Source: Eledone cirrhosa (Eukaryota). From it: DNA of 64,000 nt. The DNA is taken from contig OZ024745.1 in assembly GCA_964016885.1 (NCBI GenBank), forward strand, positions 24,366,001 to 24,430,000, written 5' to 3'. The position numbers were made by a program, and so were the translations under genes. Under the pieces are notes generated by a model that saw only the letters and a program-made list of their open reading frames with translations, was not told the DNA's origin and searched no databases. Positions 1 through 13,043 of the stretch are shown piece by piece (within the stretch, counting starts at the first letter, position 1; each line of letters begins with the position of its first letter).

Positions 1-275
1 CCTTCTACGGTCTAAAGATGTCGAAATCACAAGTATACCTAGTAGACAACTGAATTCATGTCGGTTTGTGTATTCTTATTTTTATTTTTGTTGTCTGTTA
101 TCACCTTTCCTGTATATTACTACCGGCTAAACTCTCACCCTATTGACAATTTCTTCTACATACACACATACACTTACATAAATATATAATATACATAATG
201 ATATATCTATGTATGTATATACATATATAAACCTATATATATGTATGTACATACATGCATATATATATATATATA

Positions 276-374
276 CAGGGTGTCCCCCAAAATGTATACG
301 CACTTTGATTACCTGTACAGGCAATATTTAATAGAATGCTTTTGAAGTGTGTATACATTTTTGGGGACACCCTG
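276..374. mobile_element. Tc1/mariner-type MITE
   Basis: TIRs CAGGGTGTCCCC(C)AAAATGTATAC...GTATACATTTTTGGGGACACCCTG, flanked by TA on both sides. Confidence 0.8.
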
Positions 375-384
375 TATATATATA

Positions 385-737
385 TATAAAGAAAAAGAGA
401 TGAAATCGAAAATGCAACTGTAGTCTTATTTTTTTAAAAAATATATATATTTATTTGGTTCCTTTACCGGTTTCGCAGTTCTTCTGCTTTTCAAAAGTAG
501 AGTTGAGATGGAGGGTCTGTGGTTTTTCTCACTTGTGAGAAAAACCACAGACCCTCCATCTCAACTCTACTTTTGAAAAGCAGAAGAACTGCGAAACCGG
601 TAAAGGAGCCAAATAAATATATATATTTTTTAAAAAAATAAGACTCCAGTTGCCTTTTCGATTTCATCTCTTTTTCTTTATACTTTCACTCGTGTAGGAC
701 ACCTCGGTTATTTTTCAATTTAAAAAAAAAACCTCAC

Positions 738-744
<7 letters not shown>
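385..744. mobile_element. Fold-back element family A (HHR-bearing, PLE-like, non-autonomous) in (TA)n
   Basis: About 149-bp inverted arms (385-532 / 535-682, apex TCTCAC-TT-GTGAGA) plus a one-sided extension to 744. Other copies at 14681-14823, 15281-15615 and 41612-41820. Confidence 0.8.
567..608 (+). ncRNA. Minimal type I hammerhead ribozyme, U3-A8 core variant (family A)
   Basis: CUACUU-UUGAAAA-GCAG aagaa CUGC-GAAA-CCGG-UA-AAGGAG. Palindromic stem III ACCGGU, GUA triplet. Mirror copy at 459-500 (-), further copies at 14749-14789 (-) and 41645-41685 (+). Confidence 0.65.
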
Positions 745-822
<78 letters not shown>

Positions 823-824
<2 letters not shown>

Positions 825-1016
825 AACAAGTAAGACCCCGACGGCTGAGCTCAAGCCGTTTCGACGGCTAATTCTGTACAGTACAGAATTAGCCGTCGAA
901 ACGGCTTGAGCTCAGCCGTCGAGGACTTACTTGTTCCTATTACCCACTCTACTACCCTAAGTATTGAGTACTTTGGTGCGTTATGGTCCACCTGGTTCCT
1001 TACCACATTTCCTTCG

Positions 1017-1018
<2 letters not shown>
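823..1018. mobile_element. Fold-back element family B with half-hammerhead
   Basis: Palindrome 823-937 (apex 880) plus extension, flanked by (TA)n. Contains GAAACGGCU-ugagcuc-AGCCGUC. Homologous copies at 3756-3946, 17094-17293, 23241-23380, 47556-47611, 47966-48154 and 49656-49681. Confidence 0.8.
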
Positions 1019-1082
<64 letters not shown>

Positions 1083-1090
<8 letters not shown>

Positions 1091-1545
1091 ATACTTTGGG
1101 AGGGTCATGTTGCCAATAAGAAACACACGCACCAGTTGCTTTCACTTCAATTTATTATATATTTATAAATTTACAAATTTATAAATTTCTGGTTGGTTGG
1201 CTGGTTCCACAACCAGATAGTTGTTTATATATAGTCATAGTCCTTTCGTCACACACTCTGTGACCTCTTCAGTGACTGGGGATTCCTTTCTTTGTTTCTG
1301 TGCCTCTCCTTTGTTCTGTCCTACGCCATTTTGTTTCTGTGTGTGTGTTGTGTGCTCAGTTTGCGCATGCTCCACATCCGGGTGTCTGTGTGTGTTTATG
1401 TTCGTTTATCTATTTGTTTATTTATTTATTTATTTATTTATTTACATGTTATTGGTTGGTTGTTTGTTCTATGTGTGTGTGTGTTTTCATTTTGTCCTTA
1501 ATTTCAGATAAAGAATCTTGCTAAACAAATTCAGAAACGAAATAT
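1083..1545 (-). mobile_element. 5'-truncated copy of the Penelope-like element (pLTR/3' region plus inverted tail)
   Basis: Reverse-complement near-identity to about 13716-14128. The inverted tail 1501-1545 matches 13040-13082. Flanked by (TA)n. Confidence 0.85.
1233..1277 (-). ncRNA. Minimal hammerhead ribozyme of the PLE pLTR
   Basis: Identical motif to 13930-13974. Confidence 0.75.
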
Positions 1546-1569
1546 ATATATATATATATTTATATATAT

Positions 1570-3520
1570 ATTTAGAAACACACAGATACATGCGGACACA
1601 CACATATATACATGAATGCATCCGCACCCAACTGTGAGTTAAGGGTGCCAACTTCACCGATGTTGCTCAATGAATGACTGGGACAGACCAATTCAGTTTG
1701 AACCAGACTGAACCAGTATCAGAGTTAAAAATACATTATGAAGAGAGAAGAAACATTTAGATATAATTAGTAATAAAATGTATCATACCTAAACTGCTCC
1801 TAAATTCCTCGACTACGTAGTTTCGTGGCATAAACAAAAACAATATATCAAAGATATAGAGTCCTTGCGAGGTCTGCCAACTTATCAAGAGGATACCTCA
1901 TTTTACTAGTCTCAAGAACGCGTCTACACGACGTGAGAAAGAATCCCAAAAGGCGGAGGGGGAGATAGTCACGCGATATAACGGTCGAGAAACAGAGCTA
2001 AGCCTCTTATAACCACGAAGAAAATACCACGGAGGCGGAGGGGGTATTCATATCGAGGCCGCAGAAGAGGTAGTGAAGAAGGCGAGAAGTATGAGTAATG
2101 GAAGCTTTCCAGTTGTCCCCACACTTCAAAGATTGCTCGACCAGAGGGAGTTATTAATATATTTAGAAACACACAGATACATGCGGACACACACATATAT
2201 ACATGAATGCATCCGCACCCAACTGTGAGTTAAGGGTGCCAACTTCACCGATGTTGCTCAATGAATGACTGGGACAGACCAATTCAGTTTGAACCAGACT
2301 GAACCAGTATCAGAGTTAAAAATACATTATGAAGAGAGAAGAAACATTTAGATATAATTAGTAATAAAATGTATCATACCTAAACTGCTCCTAAATTCCT
2401 CGACTACGTAGTTTCGTGGCATAAACAAAAACAATATATCAAAGATATAGAGTCCTTGCGAGGTCTGCCAACTTATCAAGAGGATACCTCATTTTACTAG
2501 TCTCAAGAACGCGTCTACACGACGTGAGAAAGAATCCCAAAAGGCGGAGGGGGAGATAGTCACGCGATATAACGGTCGAGAAACAGAGCTAAGCCTCTTA
2601 TAACCACGAAGAAAATACCACGGAGGCGGAGGGGGTATTCATATCGAGGCCGCAGAAGAGGTAGTGAAGAAGGCGAGAAGTATGAGTAATGGAAGCTTTC
2701 CAGTTGTCCCCACACTTCAAAGATTGCTCGACCAGAGGGAGTTATTAATATATTTAGAAACACACAGATACATGCGGACACACACATATATACATGAATG
2801 CATCCGCACCCAACTGTGAGTTAAGGGTGCCAACTTCACCGATGTTGCTCAATGAATGACTGGAGCAGTTTAGGTATGATACATTTTATTACTAATTATA
2901 TCTAAATGTTTCTTCTCTCTTCATAATGTATTTTTAACTCTGATACTGGTTCAGTCTGGTTCAAACTGAATTGGTCTGTCCCAGTCATTCATTGAGCAAC
3001 ATCGGTGAAGTTGGCACCCTTAACTCACAGTTGGGTGCGGATGCATTCATGTATATATGTGTGTGTCCGCATGTATCTGTGTGTTTCTAAATATATTAAT
3101 AACTCCCTCTGGTCGAGCAATCTTTGAAGTGTGGGGACAACTGGAAAGCTTCCATTACTCATACTTCTCGCCTTCTTCACTACCTCTTCTGCGGCCTCGA
3201 TATGAATACCCCCTCCGCCTCCGTGGTATTTTCTTCGTGGTTATAAGAGGCTTAGCTCTGTTTCTCGACCGTTATATCGCGTGACTATCTCCCCCTCCGC
3301 CTTTTGGGATTCTTTCTCACGTCGTGTAGACGCGTTCTTGAGACTAGTAAAATGAGGTATCCTCTTGATAAGTTGGCAGACCTCGCAAGGACTCTATATC
3401 TTTGATATATTGTTTTTGTTTATGCCACGAAACTACGTAGTCGAGGAATTTAGGAGCAGTTTAGGTATGATACATTTTATTACTAATTATATCTAAATGT
3501 TTCTTCTCTCTTCATAATGT
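1570..3520. mobile_element. 591-bp tandem plus inverted HHR-containing repeat (retrozyme/pLTR-like)
   Basis: Apparently identical units start at 1570, 2161 and 2752 (partial, to about 2862), followed by an inverted 591+~68 bp arm at 2862-3520. Flanked by (TA)n. Confidence 0.9.
3360..3447 (+). ncRNA. Type I hammerhead ribozyme, U3-A8 variant with long loop II
   Basis: UCCUC-UUGAUAA-GU(U)GGCA...UGCCAC-GAAA-CUACGUAG-UC-GAGGA. Stem III is the perfect palindrome ACUACGUAGU, with GUC at 3440-3442. Identical copies at 1806-1893 (-) and 2397-2484 (-). Confidence 0.75.
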
Positions 3521-3755
3521 ATATTTATATATATATATATATTAATATGTTATATATATATATGTGTGTATGTGTGTGTGTGTTTACATATACATATATA
3601 TATATATGTATATATATGTATATGTTTATATATATATATGCATACGTATATATGTATATGTGTGTGTATATATATATATATATATATACTAATAAAAGTA
3701 TGGTTTTGATTCTGTGTTTGTCTTGTCATTTGGTGAACTATATATAAACATATAT

Positions 3756-3946
3756 AACGAAGGAATTGTGGTAAGGAACCAGGTGGACCATAACGCACCA
3801 GAGTACTCAATACTTAGTGTAGTAGAGTGGGTAATAGGAAAAAGTATGACTCCGACGGCAGAGCTCAAGCCGTTTCGACGGCTATTTCTGGTCCAGAAAT
3901 AGCCGTCGAAACGGCTTGAGCTCTGCCGTCGGGGTCATACTTTTTC
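3756..3946. mobile_element. Fold-back element family B copy
   Basis: Homologous to 823-1018 in opposite orientation. Apex TTTCTG-GTC-CAGAAA. Confidence 0.8.
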
Positions 3947-4317
3947 ATATAAACATATATATATATACATATGTTTGTGTGTGAGTGTGCCGTTATTGAG
4001 AGTTGAGAGTTGTAGTCAATGAGTTGTATGATCTCTTATGGGTTCATATGAGAAGTGAAGAGGCCATTGGGCTGACTCTATTGTCGCACTATACACCGGC
4101 TGGCGTCTGGGAAGTTGAGAGTAGGAGAAGCAGGAGGAGAAGGGGGAGAAGAAGAAGACATACCAATTGGTTTATACTTCAACTTACCACTATTGCGTAG
4201 TGTACCTAAGGAAATATGTTTTGTTGTTATTGTTATTGTTGTTGTGTTCGGTGTTGATGTCTAACTACATGGAAATCAGTCTTCAAATATAGTTCAATTA
4301 AATCAGCCGTCTTACAT

Positions 4318-4319
<2 letters not shown>

Positions 4320-4357
<38 letters not shown>

Positions 4358-4632
4358 CGATGACGACAAAGACAACAGCGACGATGACAACAACAACGAC
4401 GATGATGGCGACAACAACAACGATGAGAACAGCAACAACAACAACAACAACAGCAATGACGACGAATACAACAACGACAACAACAACAACAACAACAACA
4501 ACAACAGCGACGACAACAACAACGATGAGAACAGCAACAACAACAACAACAACGACAACGACAACGATGACAAGAACAACAACAGCAACGATGACGCCGA
4601 CGACAACAACAACAGCATCAGCGACAACAACT
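4320..4632. repeat. (AAC/GAC)n trinucleotide repeat
   Basis: Direct reading. Confidence 0.95.
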
Positions 4633-5220
4633 CTCAAAGAATCATTTGAATTTTTAATTTAGTTCGAGAAAAAGAATGTGCAAGATAAAACGAAACACTC
4701 GTCAATTAATTAACTAATTAAATGATTAATTAATCATACGATGCTCCTGCTGCTTACAGCGATGAACTCAATTTACCTTGACACATGCAACTGAATTTTT
4801 TTTTATTTTATTTTATTTATATTTATATTTATATTTATATTTATATATACTTATTTAAAAAATATGTGTTTATCTATTTGTTATATTTTTTGTGGAGGAT
4901 AGGGGACGAAAATAGAGTGATTGATCGAACCAATGGCTGGAAAGGACTTCCGTCGTTTTCTACGTTGAGCCTTCCAGTTGGTCGATAAATAGAAGAGAAC
5001 AGACAGCTCTTGAAATTAACTAAGTGACTGAGTATAGATTTAGACCTTGAGGGGCCCGAATCACTTCTTTTGCACCTTCCTAAAGTACATACAACAGCTA
5101 CACAGATACATAAGTATTGAATAGTTAGAATAACAGAACAATATATGAATGGCTTGGAAACATATTTCTTATCTTAAATATCTGTTATTTCCATATTATA
5201 TTTTGGCGAATTGGCAGACG

Positions 5221-5412
5221 GGCGGTGAATTGCCAGTATCGGTAGTGGAGAGGGTCGGACGCCATGCTTTCCAGCATAGTTACGACCCTTTATGGTCTGA
5301 GTTCAAATCCCGTCGAGGTTAACTTTGCCTTTCATCCTTACGGGGTCGATAAAATAAAGTACCAGTAATACACTGGCTAATTTCTGGCCTTGTGCCAATA
5401 GTAGAAACAATT
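5221..5412 (+). mobile_element. tRNA-derived SINE (major family)
   Basis: A-box-like TGCCAGTATCGGTAG, B-box GAGTTCAAATCCC, conserved body TTGCCTTTCATCCTTACGGGGTCGATAAAATAAAGTACCAG, tail GTAGAAACAATT. About 15 copies in the window. Confidence 0.9.
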
Positions 5413-6245
5413 ATATTTTCAAAAGCACAAATACAATTTGGCTAGTTAGAACGACATACCGCCATCTAACTAGTAAGGTGGTAGTAAACTCGTGTCCGAA
5501 TACAGTCAATACAGGTTTGGATTTAGAACATGGGGTGCCAGGCGCATTTCAGTTTTGGAGGGCTCCTCACACACAAAAAAATTAGAATTCACAGCAAATC
5601 GCCTAATTTTACATATCAAAGTTAACTTAGCGCAAGTAATTGGAATTGAAATGTTATACATACAGGTATTAAAAATTCTAATCATCCGAAAGCTAAAAAG
5701 CCCAGCTGAGGGCACAAATAAATTGTTACGACCGTCGCTGATGGGACCCCCACCACCACCACTGCAGGAGGCCGGGGAAATTGTCCCATTTGCCGCCGCC
5801 CCTCCCAATAAATCTGGCCCTGGACATGTGTACTCTTAACGACGTTCATATAGATAATCAGTGTGACAACAGTATGTGACAAGGCTTGTCCTTTGGATTA
5901 TAGACACACTCATCTAAATGGCTTTCAAATAGCTTCCGTCTACCCACTTACACTCACAATATGTGGATCGACTCGAGGTTAGAATAAATGACACTTAAGC
6001 AAGATGTCAAACCCAGAACCAAATGATTGCACAGTTAACTTCTTAACCATATAGTTATGCCATGGCTATATAACTGATGACTAGAGCAATGAGAAAGGGT
6101 TAATTTGCAAGTTCAAAGATATTCAAGCCGTGGTAATCCAATCGTTTGAAACAGTTCATCTCAGGCTACATTATATAGTATGTGGTTCCTTTCTTTAGGC
6201 AGTGGCTGGTTACTTAGTTTTATCTATTCAGTTCATATCATACAA

Positions 6246-6452
6246 TAATTTCTACTATAGGCACAAGTCCAAACATTTGGGGGAGGGGAAAGTCAATTAA
6301 ATCGATCCCAGTGCATTACTGGTACTTTATTTTATCGACCCCGTAAGGATGAAAGGCAAAGCTAACCTCGGCGGGATTTAAACTCAGAACGTATATATAA
6401 CTATAAGCTGCAAAGTATGGTGTCTGACGCTCTACCGATACTGCCAATCCAC
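6246..6452 (-). mobile_element. tRNA-derived SINE (major family)
   Basis: Reverse complement of the same consensus. Confidence 0.85.
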
Positions 6453-6463
6453 TGCTCTCCACA

Positions 6464-6800
6464 TCTTTATATATATATAAAAGCGAGGATGTGTGTGTGT
6501 CTGTGTACAACTTTGGATACCTAAGGCTTTTACAATTACCAACCGAATTTGACCAAATTTTCTGAGCACGTTGCACAAGTCGCTAAGATGGTCACATCAC
6601 GAAATTTTTTCCAATCGACCCACGTTGAGCAATAAAAAATCGATAACAAAATTATCGGTAGCAACATTGATGTAAGGGAGATAACCAACTTTATTGACAA
6701 TCCTTATAAAGAGAGGGAGATATGGAGACCTCTTTTACTTCCTAGCTGTATATTCTTAGCATAATTTCAAACCCCGAGCAACGCCGGGTAAATCTGCTAG
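6464..6800 (+). mobile_element. Non-autonomous Helitron
   Basis: A|TC 5' end, 3' hairpin CCCGAGCAACGCCGGG followed by CTAG|T. Shares termini with 21606-22520. Confidence 0.75.
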
Positions 6801-7995
6801 TATTATATAATGCAATTTGTTAACAATAGCCTCGCTGGTTATATGTTTCCAACGAGTCCCTGTCTGTTCCTTAATGTTTCGGATGTGATGACTAATAAAA
6901 TAAGACGTCGAAACAAAGTAGTTTAGGTTATGTATTTCATCCGAGTTACACAGACACCCACTTGTTTCTCTCACCATCGGAAATATTGTGAAAAGTAGGC
7001 TGGTTGTGTTTCAAATGAGCCAGTGAAGCTATTGTTTAGAAAACAAATAGAAACTGTATAACAATATACCGTTTTTTTTTTCCTATATATATGAATTATA
7101 AATAGGTTTATTTACAATAGTTTATAACTTTGCCTATTAATCCGTATGGTGAGCAAATGGGGTCCCGGCTGACAGGGTGGAGAAGGCGTTTCCCCGGAGG
7201 ATGGTAAGGGAGATGCGCTGGAAGGGCCATTCCAACTCATGAGGCTCACGCATGCGGCTGGCCAGCTCAGCGCCTATGGTGGTGAATAGGGAGGTAGCCC
7301 TAGGGCAAAGGACGACCGGTACTTGGAGAGTTCCACTTCCAAGGGCACGACCGTGAACCTGTCGGAGAGCGACCGGTACTTGGAGAGTTTGGCCTCCTCA
7401 GCCCGACGTACATAAAAATACAAAAGGAAATATTGTATAATGTTGTTTTAACTATTGTAGTACTACAAATTCTCGTCGAAAGGTGTTTATCGGAGATACA
7501 TTTGTGCTGAGCATCTTTTCATCGAATCGTGGCTTATCACAAGCGATTTTTAATTGAACCACTTTTATTGACAAGACACTTCATAAAATAATTTTATGAT
7601 TATTATAATTATTAGTTTTATTTTGTTAAATAATTTTGTCTATAGTTACCTAATGTTACTTAATTTTTTAATTAGAATGAACAAAATTTCCATCCGAAAA
7701 TATCATTTTAAAGATAGAGAACTTTACAAATTTCTACTTCCCCTGGTTAAATGCTATAGTCTTTTTTTCTGTAAAATGAATTTTGAGACAATAAAAATAG
7801 AATATCCACCACTACTAAAATCTAATTCTACCTGTACTAGTTTCATAGTTAAATGTTACAGATCATAGATGTTTAATTATTTGATTATTAACGGCTTGTA
7901 TGTTTACTGCATAGTAATGAATTTATTCAACTTCATTTCATAGACTAATGTTGGAAATATTTTATTTGTACTATAATATTTCTTATAATTGTATG

Positions 7996-8198
7996 TACGA
8001 GGGTGGGCGGAGAAGTTCATAGACTGACTATGAAGGATTGCGACTAGAGCTGTGAAACCTTGCATGCATTAATTTCAAATCTTCTTATTAATAACTGCAT
8101 TATTTCTTTCCAAGTTCTATGTTGAAAAATAAATCTCGTTTTCTCATTCCATGTGTGCATCTTGGTCGACATATAAACTTTTCAGCCTAACCATCGTA
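7996..8198 (+). mobile_element. Mariner-type MITE family
   Basis: TACGAGGG...CCATCGTA termini. Homologous to 40711-40904, ~56980-57186 and ~62480-62657. Confidence 0.7.
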
Positions 8199-8305
8199 TT
8201 TCAAATACTGAGATCAACATACTCCATTATAGAAGTCAAATAAGTTTTTATTCAAAGTAATCTACATTTTGCAAGAGCTGGAATTGTTTCGTAGTTAAAA
8301 GGTAA

Positions 8306-8408
8306 TAATTGTTTCTACTTTTGGCACAAGGCCATCAATTTCCCAGTACATTACTGGTACTTTATTTTATCGACCCCGTAAGGATGAAAGGCAAAGTTAA
8401 CCTCGGCA
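8306..8408 (-). mobile_element. 5'-truncated SINE with TSD
   Basis: SINE 3' half flanked by a duplicated AAAAGGTAATAAT. Confidence 0.8.
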
Positions 8409-8661
8409 AAAGGTAATAATGTTGATTTTCAGAACGTTCCTATTAATGGTTAAATTTGATTCTACGATTAAACTATGTGGGAAAAGATTGGATGACCACG
8501 GCTTGAACATCTTTGAACATAATAGATTCGCGAATCACCCATCTTTGGTGGCTACTTTCCAATATCTACTCACTGCACATCTTGGGAACTTCACCAAGTT
8601 CAAGCTATTGGTCTTGTTGAGATAGTTTCTCTAGGCACCTTTTAGTTTTAATTGCAGAGAG

Positions 8662-8731
<70 letters not shown>

Positions 8732-9178
8732 GAGAGAGAGATTGGAGTACGTAATTTCATTGTGAAGGAATTCGTTGACCCAGAAGGTATGACTTGTTCA
8801 AAAGGTTTGCGCAGAGATTTCGAACCTGAAACCATGTCACTACGAATCTAACATCCTAAATAGACGCACAAGAAAAAATTGGCTGTTATTTCTAGAATAC
8901 CTCGCGTCAATATTCACTCATTGACTTGTTGGTCGAATATATATTTTTTTTCTTTTATTGGTTGTTTCTTTGCTATTTTTTTTTTAATTCGGTCATTATT
9001 GTGTTTGTTGATTCTGCCAGAAGACAAATCTCCTGGTGGTATTTGATGTCAAGATCTTCAAAAAGATAAAAGCAAAAATAAAAAATAAAAATTGTTTTGC
9101 CACGTTGAAGCTGTGGACACAGAAATACAGACACACACATAAAAAATAACAAAAACACAACATATACACACTCACTCT

Positions 9179-9221
<43 letters not shown>

Positions 9222-9499
9222 AACATGACAGTACTGTTGTTTTGTTGTTGTTCTGCCTTACGTCAACAAACCACCACCAACCAGTCTGCAACACTAACTC
9301 CAACTATTTCCATCAACACCACCAACAAAAAAATAACCAATACTTCATAGGTGGCGTTGTCATCGGCCACCCCACCCCAGTTCACTACTAATACAACGAC
9401 CAATAACACCAAAATACCAATGGTACTATCAACACAAATACTAACCACGATCAACACAACAATATTATCATCCACACCAACACAAACACGAAAATGTAC

Positions 9500-9523
9500 T
9501 ACAGCTACCACCACCACTACCAA

Positions 9524-9563
<40 letters not shown>

Positions 9564-10330
9564 GATGCTGCTGCTGCAGCTGCTGCTACCACCACCACCA
9601 CTACTACCACCACTACTACCACTAACACCACCATCAACACCACTACTACTACCACCACCACTACCAGCACTACTACCACCACCGCCACTACTACCACCAC
9701 CAACACTACCACCACCACCACTACTACTACTATGGCTACTACTACCATTACCACTACTACCACCACCACTATCACTACCACCACGACCACCACCACTACC
9801 ACTACTACTACCACCAACACCACCACTACCACCACCACCACCACACCACCACTACCACCACCACCACCACTTCCACAACCACCACCACTACCACCACTAC
9901 CAACGCCACCATCACCACCACCACCACCACCACCACCACTATCACCACCACTACCACCACCACCACCACCAACACCACCACCACCACCGCCACCACCATC
10001 CCCACCACCACCACCACCACTACCACCACCGCCACCACCACCACACCACCACTACCACCACCACCACCACCACTTCCACAACCACCACCACTACCACCAC
10101 CACCACCACCACCATCACCACCACTATCACCACCACTACCACCACCACCACCTCCACCATCCCCACCACCACCAACACCACCACCACCACCGCCACCACC
10201 ATCCCCACCACCACCACCGCCACTACCACCACCGCCACCACCGCCACACCACCACTACCACCACCACCACCACCACTTCCACAACCACCACCACTACCAC
10301 CACCACCACCACCACCATCACCACCACCAC
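9500..10330. repeat. (CAC/TAC)n trinucleotide-derived repeat
   Basis: Direct reading. Produces poly-T/P/H artefact ORFs. Confidence 0.95.
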
Positions 10331-10519
10331 CTGCAGGTGCAACAATAGCTCAGGCTGTTATTACTGCTAATAGTACATCAACTGCTGCTGCTGTTATTTA
10401 CAGCTACCATACGGATTTCCGTTGCTTTTCTTGTTTGTTGCGTTTCCGGCAATTTCTTTGGTTTTTTTTTATTATTTTCCCCTCGTCGTCAACACTGTTT
10501 GTCTCATATTCCCCACGTA

Positions 10520-12225
10520 GACACATACACACACTGACATACACACACTCACATACACACACTCACATACACACGTTCACATACACACGTTCACATACAC
10601 ACGCTCACATACACACACTCACATATACACGTTCACATACACACACACACATACACACACTCACATACACACACTCACATACACACGTTCACATACACAC
10701 GTTCACATACACACGCTCACATACACACGCTCACATACACACGTTCACATACACACACACACACATACACACACTCACATACACACACTCACATACACAC
10801 GTTCACATACACACGCTCACCTACACACGCTCACATATCCACTCTCACATACACACGTTCACATACACACGTTCACATACACACGTTCACATACACACAC
10901 ACACATACACACACTGACATACACACGTTCACATACACGCTCACATACACACGTTTACATACACATGCTCACATACGCACTCTCATATACACATGCTCAC
11001 ATACGCACTCTCACATACACACGTTCACATACACGCTCACATACACACGCTCACATACACACGCTCACATACACACTCTCACATACGCACGCTCACATAC
11101 GCACGTTCATATACACACGCTCACATACACACTCTCACATACATACGTTCACATACACACGCTCACATACACACGCACACATACACACGCTCACATACAC
11201 ACGCTCACATACACACTCTCACATACGCACGCTCACATACGCACGTTCATATACACACGCTCACATACACACTCTCACATACATACGTTCACATACACAC
11301 GCTCACATACACACGCACACATACACACGCTCACATATACACGCTCACATACACACTCTCACATATACACGCTCACATACACACATTCACATACACACGC
11401 TCACATACACACTCTCACATACACACGCTCACATACACACTCTCACATACACACGCTCACATACACACGTTTACATACACACACTCACATACACACGCCC
11501 ACATACACATGCTCACATACACACGCTCACCATAACACGCGCTCAGATACACACAGTCACATACACACGCTCACATACACACTCTCACATAAACACGCTC
11601 ACATACACACGTTTACATACACACACTCACCATAACACGCGCTCACATACACACAGTCACATACACACGCTTATATACACACACTCACCATAACACGCGC
11701 TCACATACACACAGTCACATACACACAGTCTCATACGCACAGTCACATACACACAGTCTCATACACACAGTCTCATACGCACAGTCACATACACACAGTC
11801 ACATACGCACAGTCACATACACACAGTCACATACGCACAGTCACATACACACAGTCACATACACACAGTCTCATACACACAGTCACATACACACAGTCAC
11901 ATACACACAGTCTCATACACACAGTCACATACACACAGTCTCATACACACAGTCACATTCACACAGTCTCATACACACAGTCACATACACACAGTCTCAT
12001 ACACACAGTCTCATACGCACAGTCACATACACACAGTCACATTCACAGTCTCATACACAGTCACATACACACAGTCTCATACACACAGTCACATACACAC
12101 AGTCTCATACACACAGTCACATTCACACAGTCTCATACACACAGTCACATACACACAGTCTCATACACACAGTCACATACATACAGTCTCCTACACAGTC
12201 ACATACATACAGTCTCATACACACA
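10520..12225. repeat. 14-bp CA-rich minisatellite (CACATACACACGCT to CACATACACACAGT)
   Basis: Direct reading. Confidence 0.9.
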
Positions 12226-12612
12226 TATAAATATAAATTCTTCCCATTTCACAAGCTGCTATTATCAAATGGAGTTTTTTTTTCTATACATTTTTCATTG
12301 TTTTCTCTCATTTGCCGCTGTTTCTGCTGCTAATGTTGTTGTTGTTGTTACTATTGTCTCTGATGCTGCTAGTGTTGTTGTTGTTGTTGTTATTGTTATT
12401 GTCTTCTTAGAGGCTGTTGTTATTGTTGTTATTAATACTGTTGTTTTTTTAGTGTTGTTGACGTCGATGGAAATTTATAAAAGTTATATAAGGTGATATA
12501 TAAAAATATACATAATAAATATAAAACATACTTTGGTACTCAAGTATATGTATTAAGTTTATATAAATATATGCACACAAACCCATATATATATATATAT
12601 ATATATATATAT

Positions 12613-12978
12613 TGAAAGGATAACAAGGACGATTGGTTACTCCTTCATTACATTTCTTGGTAGGTGACGCGCGTTTCGCCACTGATCAGCTCAAGGTTCC
12701 GTCTGTATCGATCTTACCCGACTCAATAATAGCATTTTAAAGAGTCCGTCGAACTGCCGATTATTGAATCGGGTAAGATCGATACAGACGGAACCTTGAG
12801 CTGATCAGTGGCGAAACGCGCGTCACCTACCAAGAAATGTAATAAAGGAGTAACCAATCGTCCTTGTTATCCTTTCGATATATTACACTCTGTATGGCTC
12901 TACACCTCAACACAGAAGTGAACCTAAACATCGAGTGCTCTCCCGGGTGAACCTGCAGTAACTCCAACTTACAGTACT

Positions 12979-12980
<2 letters not shown>
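12613..12980. mobile_element. Fold-back element with half-hammerhead GAAACGCGCGUC
   Basis: Inverted arms ~12613-12730 / ~12760-12876 around an imperfect loop, extension to 12980, (TA)n on both sides. Confidence 0.8.

Positions 12981-13043
<63 letters not shown>

Noticed and set aside
1969-3284. 75-aa ORF present three times
   Set aside because: It simply follows the 591-bp repeat, has no recognisable motif, and identical copies give no evidence of coding selection.
5221-5315. tRNA-like A and B boxes
   Set aside because: These are SINE heads continuing into a shared body and tail, not tRNA genes.
5492-5882. Overlapping 66-115 aa ORFs with non-repetitive sequence
   Set aside because: No recognisable domain or splice context. 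Likely old transposon sequence.
7140-7410. GC-rich island with a 19-bp direct repeat (GACCGGTACTTGGAGAGTT)
   Set aside because: Probably a retroelement fragment, but I could not assign a family or ends.
9351-10917. Mucin-like or extensin-like long ORFs
   Set aside because: They derive from CAC/TAC repeats open in several frames, with no unique coding flanks.
12801-12824. CUGAUCA-GUGGC-GAAAC read as a complete HHR
   Set aside because: G8 is missing, there is essentially no stem II and no stem I pairing. Kept only as a half motif.
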